Part shown: in pieces, positions 50,501 through 59,940 of the stretch | How the letters are laid out: each line of letters starts with the position of its first letter | How positions within the stretch are numbered: the stretch's first letter is position 1 | NCBI GenBank assembly: GCA_050253415.1 | Contig: JBFWJC010000002.1 | Coordinates: 608,725-672,724 of the forward strand | Direction: 5' to 3' | From: Pedobacter sp. | Lineage (GTDB): Bacteria > Desulfobacterota > Desulfuromonadia > Desulfuromonadales > Syntrophotaleaceae | Length of the DNA stretch: 64,000 nt | The notes under the pieces: generated by a model | Told to the model about the DNA's origin: nothing | Seen by the model: only the letters and a program-made list of their open reading frames with translations | The model's database searches: none | Position numbers and translations under genes: made by a program

Positions 50501-51783
50501 GCCTGGCCATCCTGAAGCATGTGCAAGGCCTCCCGAATTGTTTCGACTTCACGAATACGGACCGATGGGAAAAGGTTCCGGATCGCAGGTATGGTATTGC
50601 TACCGGTTACGAATACCGCCGTTTTGTCTTCGATATCGGCGAGGTTTTGAATGCCGTGTTCATCTTCGCGGATGAACATGAATTCCTTGGCCTGGGTATA
50701 GATGTCGGTAAAAAGGAATCGCTGCTCGTTTGTTTGATCCAAATAGATGGCTGGCAGCAGTTCGATTTTTCCTGCGGCCAACTGGTGTTGTAGTTCGGCC
50801 CAGGTTCCGTTGGCGTTGTAGTCAAAGCGCAGACCGGTTTTCTTTGCGATAAGTTGCAGATAGTCGTTGGCAATCCCTTGATATATGCCGTTTTTCTTGA
50901 AATCGTAGGGAGGCCAGTCGGACCCCGTGCCGACTTTGACGACGGGGTGCCGGCGAAGCCATTCTTTTTCCTGGAAGGTCAGGGGTACGGCCGGGGATAG
51001 GTCTTCGGAAAAGTAGGCAACCCATTGTTTTCGAATCCGTCGGTGGGTATCTTCATCAATGCTCCGCAGAGCTTTTTGCACCAGTCGATACAGGATCGGA
51101 TTGTTCTTGTTTACCGCAAAACCAAATCCCGGTTTTTCATCCGGAATCTTGAAAGCGATTTTGGCATTGGTGATGATGTTCTTTTCCAGAAAGTAATTGC
51201 CAACCGCCATGTTCCCCAGGTAGGCATCGACTTGTCCCATTGCCAGCAGATCAATGGCTTCTTCGTTGGAGCGGGTTAAATGGAGGCGGATCGCGGGGTA
51301 ATTGTTTTGCAGGTAATCTTGCAGGAAATTGCCTTGCGGTAATGCGACGGTTTTCCCATAGAGATCCGACAGGGTTCGTGTGGATGTGTCATTCTTGGCA
51401 ACAAAAACCGCCACATCGATATAAATATACGGATCGGAAAAGAAAAGGTAGGTTTCCCGCTGGGGAGTTCTGGCCGCGCAGGCCAGCATGGCGATGGCAT
51501 CGGTTTTTGACAACTCCAGGACGGTATTCCAGTCGTCGGGATAAATCTTTACCGACAGGCCCAGTCGTTTGCTTATCTCGTCAAGGTAGTTCGACGCGAT
51601 CCCCTGGTGTCCCTTGCTCGGATCAAAGTAATCAAAGGGCGGCCAATTTCGGTCTATCCCTACATGTACTATAGGATTTTTTTGTAGGTAGGTCTGCTCT
51701 TCCGGGGTGAGTTGAAGCGGTGGGGCACTGTAGGCATAAGAAAATACCAAGGTCAAAAGTAACGCTATAAAGAGCGGTTTCAT
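47566..51783 (-). CDS. Hybrid sensor histidine kinase: three periplasmic solute-binding domains, TM, PAS, HisKA, HATPase, REC
   Basis: Three 'WPPFD/WPPYD/REPVS' PBPb units; 'FLANMSHEIRTPMN', 'NLIGNAIKFT', 'GGTGLGL', 'LLMDLRMP'. Confidence 0.92.
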   Translation of the reverse strand: MKPLFIALLLTLVFSYAYSAPPLQLTPEEQTYLQKNPIVHVGIDRNWPPFDYFDPSKGHQGIASNYLDEISKRLGLSVKIYPDDWNTVLELSKTDAIAMLACAARTPQRETYLFFSDPYIYIDVAVFVAKNDTSTRTLSDLYGKTVALPQGNFLQDYLQNNYPAIRLHLTRSNEEAIDLLAMGQVDAYLGNMAVGNYFLEKNIITNAKIAFKIPDEKPGFGFAVNKNNPILYRLVQKALRSIDEDTHRRIRKQWVAYFSEDLSPAVPLTFQEKEWLRRHPVVKVGTGSDWPPYDFKKNGIYQGIANDYLQLIAKKTGLRFDYNANGTWAELQHQLAAGKIELLPAIYLDQTNEQRFLFTDIYTQAKEFMFIREDEHGIQNLADIEDKTAVFVTGSNTIPAIRNLFPSVRIREVETIREALHMLQDGQADFYIDTFGAVGHVSNQSGLAGIKAAFPVKLVATGLRMATNADNRVLLAMLQKALKAITQEEKDAIDRKWLGNSPDSKHKQVLLTETEKAWIKAHPEITIAGDPNREPVSFFTKDEEYAGIISDYLRLIHERTGLRFSAQHLSSYVDAIEALTQQKIDMLDATGYSFERRNFMDFSQQHIRIDNVIVGSDKSPVISRVTELSEKTVGVVQGDITETLLQRDVPDIRLRAFANAESGLKALSMGKLDAFIVDLPTLDFVSEKLGLSNLKVSGGTPYSFPLHFGFRKNQPVLRSIINKALASIDLTERREIYRRWVKFEYEATVDYTLLWQIAGVLLLIIVGTLYWNRRLSQEIRKRIRIEKELKRLHLSLEFTPVSVVMTDDKGRIEYANNAFYEITGFAQDEIIGRNINMFACSANDENLYTNMWQDILRGKTWQAELQFEKKCRKLFWISMVVTPVLNDDATATGFIWVCEDISRRKAAEQELLLAKNAAEQATRAKSEFLANMSHEIRTPMNSVIGFTDLLDDLIEDPLQKSYLRSIKVGGKALLGIINDILDLSKIEAGQLKLEYESINPHLLFGEMEQLFQAKIRQKNLRFIIEIDSKIPDYLILDGIRLRQILFNLIGNAIKFTEKGSITLGVKKVYKDAEQSKLDLVLQIADTGMGIPQKNLDRIFQVFEQQEGQDVRKYGGTGLGLAICKKLVDMMNGEITVTSKVGEGSVFSVTLHDIAVSSVATHNQDATPETDIIFEPATVMVVDDIPDNRTLVKAAFSSTAVTVIEAAHGRDAIAQLQTTPVDLLLMDLRMPVMNGYEATREIRQDEAFRHLPIVALTASVLVDDLSKIENFGFNGYIQKPVEKKQLLRTLSEFLPCTQKAPDDNDLKSMSLTETEEVRAAIAARMENDLFRLWQAVRDKGDIQLIQGFCHELTQLADAHNSTFLKQYTDKLSTCVENFDIGEIYELMFQYPDLIQRIKQTEAQTNV

Positions 51784-52139
51784 ATACTTTCATTCCCCGG
51801 TTTCAGTGTGCCTGTTATTGCAAAGACAATCTGCCGCTTCTGACCACCCATCTATCGAATTTTTTTAAAATCTTCCTACCGGCTTGGCTCCAATCGGTCG
51901 GTTCGGTTTTTTTGATGCGGAATGGTTACGTTGCTGAAATGGCTACGGACAATAAAAAGATAGTAATTTTAATAAAATACCTAGAATGAACGGGCCCTGT
52001 CAATGTTAACTTTTGTAAATGCGGCCTGCATTTGCTCATAGTATAGCGATCAAGAATGCAAGGTCGAGGCGGGGAATAAGAGATTAATTGTATTCAACGG
52101 GGAAAGGATCTCTTGTTTTTGCCTGATCCGTTTTCAGAA

Positions 52140-52170
52140 GCCGGCCCCGGAAACAATATCCGGGGCCGGC
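52140..52170 (-). terminator. Hairpin terminator downstream of the autotransporter
   Basis: GCCGGCCCCGGA-N7-TCCGGGGCCGGC. Confidence 0.7.
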
Positions 52171-52197
52171 GGGTTGAATGCGAGGTAGAGTAGTCTA

Positions 52198-55100
52198 TCA
52201 GAACAGGTAACGGAACCTGATCCAGCTGCTATGCATAGTTGTGTCGTCGCCGAATTCACCGCCATACGCCAGCTCGGTAGCCAGCTGTTCTTTGCGGAAT
52301 CGTACCGAGGCGGAGATTGTGCCGGTTACGTCGTCCTGCTCCGACTTCACCGTCACCGGACCACTGCCCGCCACCGACTGGTTTACATCAAGCTCGTCGT
52401 CGGTCACCAGGTAGCGTATTCCAGCCGCCAACGACGGCGTTACTTCCACATTGCCGGCTTGCAGACGGGTCAGCCAGCGCAGCGATGCCAGAAAGTTAAC
52501 CTGATGCTCATCCATCGAGTCGCTGTGCAGATCCCAGTTGGAATCATCGGCGTCGGTGGTGAAGCTGTCGCGGTGCAACCACAGGTACTCCACACCGACT
52601 TCCGGCAGCAAAATCTGTCCGTTGTGTTCGAACAGGTGCCCGCCCAGCAAGGAGGTGCGGACCCCGTAGCTGTCGTAATCGGCGCTCTCTTGCTGCTCCA
52701 GGCTTACACCGGTCAAGCCTTCGTAGTCGTGCCAGCCGTAAAAGCCGGTAACTTGGGCGCGCCAGGTCCAGTCGTTTTGTCCGCCCATCAGGTGAACCCC
52801 GGCCGAAAGCACTTCCTGGTCTTCCCGGTTTTCGCTGTAGCCGGTACCGGTATAGTCGATGCCGGCATGTCCGAAGCCGAGATGGAAACCGTACAGGTTG
52901 CCGCGTGACTCCCGCTCGATGCCGGTCATGAAACCGACCAGATCGGCATCATACCCTGCCGGAGCGGCGTCTTTTTCGATGTTGGTATAATACGGCGTGA
53001 AGAAGAATCCCCCGCTCTCCACCTTGCCGGGTTGCGCTCCTGCATCGCTGGCTACCGTCTGGGCTGCAGCGTAGTGGCGGGGCGCATGGGCGGCCAGTCG
53101 GGACTGCAAGAAGCCGGTTGCCAAGCGCTGGCCGACCAGATTGGCGGATATGTTTACGGTGTTGCCTAACAGTCCGACACCTTCGAGTTGCGGCGAAGCG
53201 CCAGGCCGATAGGCCAGGGAGACCGTATCGTCGGCGCTGTCGTCGTTGCCCTGATCGTGGTACAGAGCCACCACGTCGGGGTTGATCGGGGAAGCGAGTC
53301 CGCTGAAAGTGCCGCTGACAAGCCCGCCGTCGCTGGTATCGAAAATCTGGTATGGGGTGTTTACCTGGGTGGTGCCGTTTATCATGGTCACACTGAGCAG
53401 AGCACCGTTCAGATTGAGTTCGGCATCTTCGCCCACATACAGGGAACCGACCGTCGGATCGCCGTCCAGGGTGAGATTGTAGTTGTTCAGCAGAGTCACG
53501 GTGCCGGCGTTGATATAGACTTCATAAACTGCGCTATCGGCAAAGGCCCGGATGATGCCGGTATTGGTCAGACTGCCGCTTTCAGCAAAATAAATGCCGG
53601 CGGCCGAAGACTCGTAAGCTTCGCCGGCCGTGGCGTTAACGGTGATGTCGGCACTGTTGGTGATAAAGGCTGTTCCCTTATTTACATAGATGCCGGCTGC
53701 ATCGGCATCGGCCGTCGATCCTTCGGCTGTTGCGGTGCCGCCATTGGCGGTGACGACAATGGCACCGCTGTTCATCAGATCGCCGGCGGTAACGATTCCG
53801 GCCGCATTCGCTTTAGCCGAGGAATTGGGACCGTTGGCCGTCCCCCCCGTGGCTGTTACGGTAATGGCGCCGCTGTTGGTCAGATCAGTGGTAGTTAGAA
53901 TGCCGATCGCTTCACCATATACCGAAGAGTTCGCACCTTCGGCAGTGCCCCCGATGGCCGTTATGCTGATGGCGCCGCTGTTGGTCATCTCATCGCTGGT
54001 TCGGATACCGTAAGCCCTTGCATTGACGACACTGCTTCCCGTTCCGTCGGTTGTCCCTCCCTCCGCCGTTACCGTAATCGCGGCTCTGTTGAGACCACCG
54101 CCATCCGACCATAGGCCGTAGGCGACGGCGATTGCATTCAATTCCGCGTCCGAATCGGAGGTGCCGTGGCCTCCTTCAGCCAGCACCGTAATCGTACCAT
54201 CGTTGGTCGCGGATAAATAGGTATGGACACCATAGGCATAAGCCTCGGCAACGGCATAGCTGCTGTCGGAGGAAGACGCCCCGCCCTCGGCGATCACCGA
54301 GATGGCGCCGCTGTTAACCATGCCTTCCGCCTCGATGCCAACTGCGCGGGCACTTGCATACGCATATTCGCTGGCGATGGCATCGCCGCCATGGGAGGTT
54401 ACGATGATAGCTCCGCTGTTGGTTACATCACCCCTGGAAGAAATGCCTGTTGCATTGCTGTGGGCTCGCGCCTCGGGATCCTCGAACCCCTCTCCGCCTA
54501 GACTGTCGGTGACAGCGTTGCCACCTGTGGCATTCACCCTGAGCTCACCGCTGTTGGTCACCGCTGTTTCCGATCTAATCGCCACAGCTTTGGCACTGGC
54601 ATCCGCGATATCAAACATTTGGTCATCAAGCGGGTTAGTGGCGCTGGCGGTTCCGCCTTCTGCAATTGTCTGGACTTGTCCGTCGTTGACAATCGCACCC
54701 TCGGCCAGCATGCCAGCTGCCTCGGCAGCGGCAAACGCGTAGGTGCCGTCTGTAAATTCTCCGTCGGTTATGGCCTCACCGCCAAGAGCGCCAACCAAAA
54801 GGGTGCTGTTGTTGTCGATCGCGCTACCGGTTTCGATGCCGACCGCTTTGGCACCGGCCAAGACCGTAGAAGCTCCCCCAGCGGATTTGGCCATTGCCAC
54901 ACTCATAATTGTCGCGGTATTGGTCACGTCTCCTTCGGCACCGATCCCCAGGCTATGGACCGATGCGTCGCTGGTCCCGGTAATGAATACACCCTCCTCG
55001 GATGTAACCAAGGCTCCGCCATCCGGGGTCTCATTTATGATGCTTTCCATTGTGCCCCCTAAGGCGAGGACCCTAAGCGCCGCGCTATTGTCGACCGTAT

Positions 55101-55608
55101 CACCGGAATCGATTCCAACCGCACTCACCGTGCTGATGGCGGAGGCCTCCGTGTCGGCTTCGGCTGTAACCGACGCAGTCCCGCCGAAGGCAAAAACCAC
55201 GACCTCTTTGCTATTGTCCACGGCGCCTTCGGTAGCGATGCCGGCCGCCTCGATCGCGGCTGTGGTTTCTTCGGTGCTGGTGGCCTTACCACCGTTGGCA
55301 TTCAGCACGATACTGCCCTGGTTTTGGATGTCGACTGCGTTAAGTGAATAAAAGCCGTAAGTTGAAAAGGAGACATTGGCATACGCTTCGGAATCATCAC
55401 CTCTACTAATGACTGAATAGTTGTCCGTATTGATAAACGGAGACGTAAAATCGGATACATCCAGCCCGTAAACAAAAGCACCGTCGTGCAATTCCGTCTC
55501 TTCAATAGTAATTGCGGCTGCAAAAGACACGCACATGGTGCACGCCAAAGCCCCGATCAGACAGCTAGTAAGCCATATAACCCTCGTATTGACGCCCATA
55601 TAAATCAT
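52198..55608 (-). CDS. Autotransporter (type Va) with repetitive Ala/Gly/Thr/acidic passenger
   Basis: Signal peptide; repeated 'N.GAITV.A.GG.A...A.A.GI'; C-terminal beta-domain ending 'FRYLF'. Confidence 0.88.
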   Translation of the reverse strand: MIYMGVNTRVIWLTSCLIGALACTMCVSFAAAITIEETELHDGAFVYGLDVSDFTSPFINTDNYSVISRGDDSEAYANVSFSTYGFYSLNAVDIQNQGSIVLNANGGKATSTEETTAAIEAAGIATEGAVDNSKEVVVFAFGGTASVTAEADTEASAISTVSAVGIDSGDTVDNSAALRVLALGGTMESIINETPDGGALVTSEEGVFITGTSDASVHSLGIGAEGDVTNTATIMSVAMAKSAGGASTVLAGAKAVGIETGSAIDNNSTLLVGALGGEAITDGEFTDGTYAFAAAEAAGMLAEGAIVNDGQVQTIAEGGTASATNPLDDQMFDIADASAKAVAIRSETAVTNSGELRVNATGGNAVTDSLGGEGFEDPEARAHSNATGISSRGDVTNSGAIIVTSHGGDAIASEYAYASARAVGIEAEGMVNSGAISVIAEGGASSSDSSYAVAEAYAYGVHTYLSATNDGTITVLAEGGHGTSDSDAELNAIAVAYGLWSDGGGLNRAAITVTAEGGTTDGTGSSVVNARAYGIRTSDEMTNSGAISITAIGGTAEGANSSVYGEAIGILTTTDLTNSGAITVTATGGTANGPNSSAKANAAGIVTAGDLMNSGAIVVTANGGTATAEGSTADADAAGIYVNKGTAFITNSADITVNATAGEAYESSAAGIYFAESGSLTNTGIIRAFADSAVYEVYINAGTVTLLNNYNLTLDGDPTVGSLYVGEDAELNLNGALLSVTMINGTTQVNTPYQIFDTSDGGLVSGTFSGLASPINPDVVALYHDQGNDDSADDTVSLAYRPGASPQLEGVGLLGNTVNISANLVGQRLATGFLQSRLAAHAPRHYAAAQTVASDAGAQPGKVESGGFFFTPYYTNIEKDAAPAGYDADLVGFMTGIERESRGNLYGFHLGFGHAGIDYTGTGYSENREDQEVLSAGVHLMGGQNDWTWRAQVTGFYGWHDYEGLTGVSLEQQESADYDSYGVRTSLLGGHLFEHNGQILLPEVGVEYLWLHRDSFTTDADDSNWDLHSDSMDEHQVNFLASLRWLTRLQAGNVEVTPSLAAGIRYLVTDDELDVNQSVAGSGPVTVKSEQDDVTGTISASVRFRKEQLATELAYGGEFGDDTTMHSSWIRFRYLF

Positions 55609-56304
55609 CATACCTCCTTGTGGTGGTTAATCTTGCCGTGCCTGGAAGGTTGTTTTGGGTTCCCTTGTCGCCCGGAATTTTAAAGATATGCGGCTGCTGT
55701 GTTCCGGACATTGTCCGCTATTTATAGACTCGCGTTGGCAAATTGACAGCATTCGTTGCCAAATATTTTTAAAATATATGAAAAATTTCATTGGATAATT
55801 TAGTATACAGAAAATTACTTAAATATCTATAAGCTCTTAGCGTTGTAGGTCGACTAGCAAATCGTTTGAAATTTTACGGCCTATCAGATCCAAACCTCTG
55901 GTTGGTTTCGTTCGCTGGAATCAACAAGATTATGAAAAAAACCCGAATGGTTATACGCAAAAAGGAGATCTTTGTAATTGGTGTCAAAAACCATCAGCAT
56001 CAGAGGCAGGCGAATTGTTAGGTGTATTGCAGGTGTGCAGAACGAGCGTCTGCCTGTTGCGTTATCAGTTATGGTCTGGTCGGTTTGGTCGGAAAGGCAC
56101 TGGGGATTTTTCCCTGGAAACGTGGCGTCTGGATATAAATATCGCCCTGGCTTTAGTGCTGCTGGTTCTGATGTGGTTATAGTGGCCGATTCGAAGGGGC
56201 ACACCCGTCTCCTTTGCTTGGTAACGCGGGGGCAACCTGCTTTGTGCATCAAGATGGGGGCTGGCGGCGGATACGACAGGGCATCCGCTGTTGCTGCATA
56301 AAGT

Positions 56305-58182
56305 TCAGGAACAATCAGGTTTAAGCCTGGAGAGAGCCTTGGCATGAAACGGTGACTCGGGGAAGGTGTCGATAAACTTCCGGTAGTAATGCGTGGCAAT
56401 GTCGAGCTTGCCGATCAATTCCATCTGTCGGGCACACTGAATCATGGCTTTTTCCCGGATATCGGGCGGGGTACCCGGGTCGTCCGCCAAAAGCTCCAGG
56501 CAGCGCGCGGCCCATTCGTAATCTTTCTGCTGGTGATAATAGGCGGCAATACGGAACTGGGTTTCCGGGTTGCCGCCTTTGAGGTAACGCGCATAATATT
56601 CCTTGAACGTGGACGCCACCTCTTTCATCCGCGTCTTGCTTAAAAGATCCATGCCTTTTCGATACAGGCCCTCCCCTTCTGCATTGGCTTCGGATTTGGA
56701 TAGCAGCCGCGCCAGCAGGATCATGGTGTCGCCGTTGTCGGGATTCTTGTTCAAGGCGAGTCGAAGCGACTCTTCCGCTTGATAAAGATCACCCCCCTTG
56801 CTCAGCGCCTGACTGCCGATCTCCTGATGGCGTTCTTCAACCGCCTCTTCCCCCAATTTGAACAACATGCCGAGAAGAATGCCGCAGACCATGCCGCCGA
56901 TATGCGCCCAGTGGCCGATGTTGGATGTGTCCGTTCCGGTTACCTGACCTATGCCCCCGGAGAGATCCGCCAGAAAGAACAAGCCGATTATGACCAGCGA
57001 GTTGAGCCGGATCTTGAGGCTGATCGGCAGGATCAGGGAGAAAATTCCCAGGATCGGCAACGGGAAGACCATGCTTTTGAAATAACAGCGCACGGCGAAC
57101 AAACCCATGACTCCGGAGATGGCTCCGGATGCTCCCAGGCCATGCACTGGGGTATGGAAGAAAGCCCAGTATACGGTCGCGGACAAAAGGCTGGCGGCAA
57201 TTCCGGCAACCAGGTAAAAGGCCAGGAACTTTTTCCCTCCGATGCGCTTCTCCACGACGGTGCCGATGGCCCAGAGGAACAGCATGTTGCCCCACAGGTG
57301 CATGCCGCCGGCATGCAGGAACATCGACGTGAAAAGGCTTAGTGGTACATTCACGAGATTCGGCGCATGGGGCAAAAACAGCAGGTTGTTTAAAATGAAA
57401 TCCTCATTCACATTCAGCTCGAATCCGTAGAAAATCAGCACGTTGATGAAAATAAGGCTGTAAGTTATCTTGGCGACACCTTCTTTCTGGCGTTCTCCCT
57501 CTGTGTACATGACAGGCATGAAAGTAATGTGTTGGGCCAGGACTTCGGTGGGCGGTCGATCGGTTGCCGCTGCCTCCATGCGGACATAGATGAGAAACAG
57601 CACCGGGAACAGCAGGATGAACAGTGCAAGCAAACCGCTTAAATATTTTGTGATGAAAATGATGCATCCAATGACGACGAAGGCTTTGAGAATGAAGGCC
57701 TGTTCCTGGTGGCTCGTAAAGTAAGCTCCCATCCGTTCCATGAATCCGGATTCGGTTTCCGCAGCAGAAGACGAAGGGCAGGGGATTTCTCCTCTTTCGA
57801 TGGCGGCTTTGCGCTCCTGCGCCTGGTGGAACTTGGCAAACACAATCCCGCAATGCATGCACGTCAACCCGGTGGGTTGTTGTTGGCCGCATTTGGGGCA
57901 AGCCAATACGTCGGGCGACGTTTCGTCTTCCGGTTCAATTGTTGCGATCGAAATATCCTCGATTACGCAAACGGCTCCGGTCTGATCCAGCGCCGCTTTG
58001 TATCGTTGGGCTGATTCATGGGAGAGATTATTTTTGAGAATGGCAGGCGTTCCAGAGAAAAGATGGTCAAGGGTCCTGTCGTCATATTTGCACAGACGTT
58101 TGAGGTTGGCGCGGGTTTCCGCTCTGTTGAATCCATAGGCGATGTCCCCACTAAAGACGATACGATATGTCTTTTCTTCCAT
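56305..58182 (-). CDS. Rhomboid protease with N-terminal zinc ribbon and C-terminal TPR-like region
   Basis: CPKC...CMHCG; 'HLWGNM', 'GASG', 'HWAHIGG'; helical repeats at the C-terminus; GGAGG RBS. Confidence 0.85.
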   Translation of the reverse strand: MEEKTYRIVFSGDIAYGFNRAETRANLKRLCKYDDRTLDHLFSGTPAILKNNLSHESAQRYKAALDQTGAVCVIEDISIATIEPEDETSPDVLACPKCGQQQPTGLTCMHCGIVFAKFHQAQERKAAIERGEIPCPSSSAAETESGFMERMGAYFTSHQEQAFILKAFVVIGCIIFITKYLSGLLALFILLFPVLFLIYVRMEAAATDRPPTEVLAQHITFMPVMYTEGERQKEGVAKITYSLIFINVLIFYGFELNVNEDFILNNLLFLPHAPNLVNVPLSLFTSMFLHAGGMHLWGNMLFLWAIGTVVEKRIGGKKFLAFYLVAGIAASLLSATVYWAFFHTPVHGLGASGAISGVMGLFAVRCYFKSMVFPLPILGIFSLILPISLKIRLNSLVIIGLFFLADLSGGIGQVTGTDTSNIGHWAHIGGMVCGILLGMLFKLGEEAVEERHQEIGSQALSKGGDLYQAEESLRLALNKNPDNGDTMILLARLLSKSEANAEGEGLYRKGMDLLSKTRMKEVASTFKEYYARYLKGGNPETQFRIAAYYHQQKDYEWAARCLELLADDPGTPPDIREKAMIQCARQMELIGKLDIATHYYRKFIDTFPESPFHAKALSRLKPDCS

Positions 58183-58800
58183 GAGCTCTCCTCCCATATA
58201 GGTCAAGTGGTCACCCCTTGAACCGTGTAAATCCTCAATTAAAAATGTAACAATTGGTAGATAGTACAAAACAAATTAAAATATAACAACGTAAAATAGA
58301 GGTTTAGCGAAATCATACTTTGAAAATTGGAGTGGACTGGTGAAGCTTGAGGGCATTTATGTTTGTGTTGATGGTCAGATGGGTATCAGGTGTCGCCTGG
58401 GATGTGCTGCAGGTTGCGTTGTGAGGTAGTTGTATTTAAAGCGATGGTGGGAGAGAGCACAGGGGCAAGGCAACTTGGTGTTATGCCCTTGAATCTGCGC
58501 TTGAAAATCAATGGATATCTTCAGTCGTGGCCAGATGGATGTCGGTTCGCTTACGCTGATGTGGCGCTGTCGCTTGGTCCTCGGGTGAAGTACCGCCCGG
58601 ATCATGGCATTATCCTGCGAGGGGTCCGCATCCCAGCCCGGGCTTCCTGAAGATGCTGCCCGCAGTTTGCGAACGAGGCTCGTTCGGTGTTTTCGATAAT
58701 GCTCTGATTTTCAAAGTACCGATGTCTCCTTCCCTCTCCCCATGGATATGATTTCACTTACTTAGATGGTTTAGAGTGCTTTAGCTGTAATTTCAAATGG

Positions 58801-59697
58801 TTATCTCGGTACGACTGCAGGTTCCCCTAATGGAAAGGGTTGGCTACCTTGGTCGATCCGCCCTTGCCGCAACGGGTAGTCGGCCAGCCGGACGAAGCGG
58901 AACCCTCTTTTGCGCAACTCAGGCACGGCGGCCATGACCCCATTTGCCGTGCCGCTTTCCGGATGGTTCATGTGCAGGATGACGATGGATCCGGGAACTG
59001 AGGCCATGAGCGCTGCATTGACCTGTTGCTCGGTATAGGTGGCGCCTGCATCGCCGAGCACCGAGAAGCCGATCACCTGGTGCCCGAGCCGTTCGGCTAT
59101 CTGTACGGCCATCTCGTCGTAATAGGCGGTTCCGGAGCGGTAGTAAGTGGGCCTCTTACCCGTTAGTCGTTTGATTTTATCCGCATTTAAACCAATCTCG
59201 TCGATAAGGTCATCCAGGTTCCCGGTGCCCTTTATTCCGTAGATCGATCTGCCGTTGATCGAGGCCGGTTTGTGAAGGAAGCCGTGATTGGCGATGGTGA
59301 ACAGCGGGTTTTTAGCCAGCGCCATAAAATGTTTCGGATTACCATCTATCCAGCGAGCATTGATGAACAGCGTGGCCGGAATCTCTTCTTTTTCAAGATA
59401 GCGGATAAGCTCGCTATCAAAGCCCATCCCATGCAAGCTGCCGCAGGCGTCCAGAGTCAGGGCCACGACCTTTTCATCGGTATCCATACAGGTCTTTACC
59501 CCGGCTACCGTCTCGCTCCATGCCAGGGGGGATTGCTCGGCATAGGTGGCATTCAGTTTCCCCTTCAGGGCGCCGGATGACAAATAACGGGTATTGGGAA
59601 CGCAACCTCCCATGACAGCTATAGCCAGCGACAGGGCAAGGGCGCACCATCCATGGATGAACGGGTTTCTTAGAGCATGCGGTTTCATGGGGCTCAT
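58801..59697 (-). CDS. Polysaccharide deacetylase family lipoprotein
   Basis: Lipobox-like 'MGGC'; 'VALTLDAC', 'ATLF', 'NHG..H', 'ILHMNHP'. Confidence 0.82.
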   Translation of the reverse strand: MSPMKPHALRNPFIHGWCALALSLAIAVMGGCVPNTRYLSSGALKGKLNATYAEQSPLAWSETVAGVKTCMDTDEKVVALTLDACGSLHGMGFDSELIRYLEKEEIPATLFINARWIDGNPKHFMALAKNPLFTIANHGFLHKPASINGRSIYGIKGTGNLDDLIDEIGLNADKIKRLTGKRPTYYRSGTAYYDEMAVQIAERLGHQVIGFSVLGDAGATYTEQQVNAALMASVPGSIVILHMNHPESGTANGVMAAVPELRKRGFRFVRLADYPLRQGRIDQGSQPFPLGEPAVVPR

Positions 59698-59940
59698 TTA
59701 TCTGGAAAGTGAGTGTTTGGATAATAATTTTTGTACCCAGAGCCTGCCGCAATCGGGAACAGGTAAGGCTCGGTGGCAGCAAGTGCCAGGGTCAAGATTT
59801 TTTCCGGCGGTGCTCACCGGTATGGGCAGGTCCGACTGTAAGAGAAAACGGTTTGATGTGCAACGGGTGTTTAGTTCGGGAGGGCAGTCACGAATTTAAT
59901 CGGTTTTGCCATGCGCCACACGCGACCGGAAACTTACCGC

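Noticed and set aside
55735..55762. TTGGCAA...TTGCCAA inverted repeat with a plus-strand GG-N10-GC
   Set aside because: The sigma54-like spacing points away from the autotransporter toward no supported gene and lacks TTGC; may be an operator but unsupported.
58338..58740. tRNA-3'-end-like 'TGGTGAAGCTTGAGGG' (att remnant) and a possible gene relic
   Set aside because: Match is short and degenerate with no T-loop, no integrase is nearby, and no translation resembled a known family.
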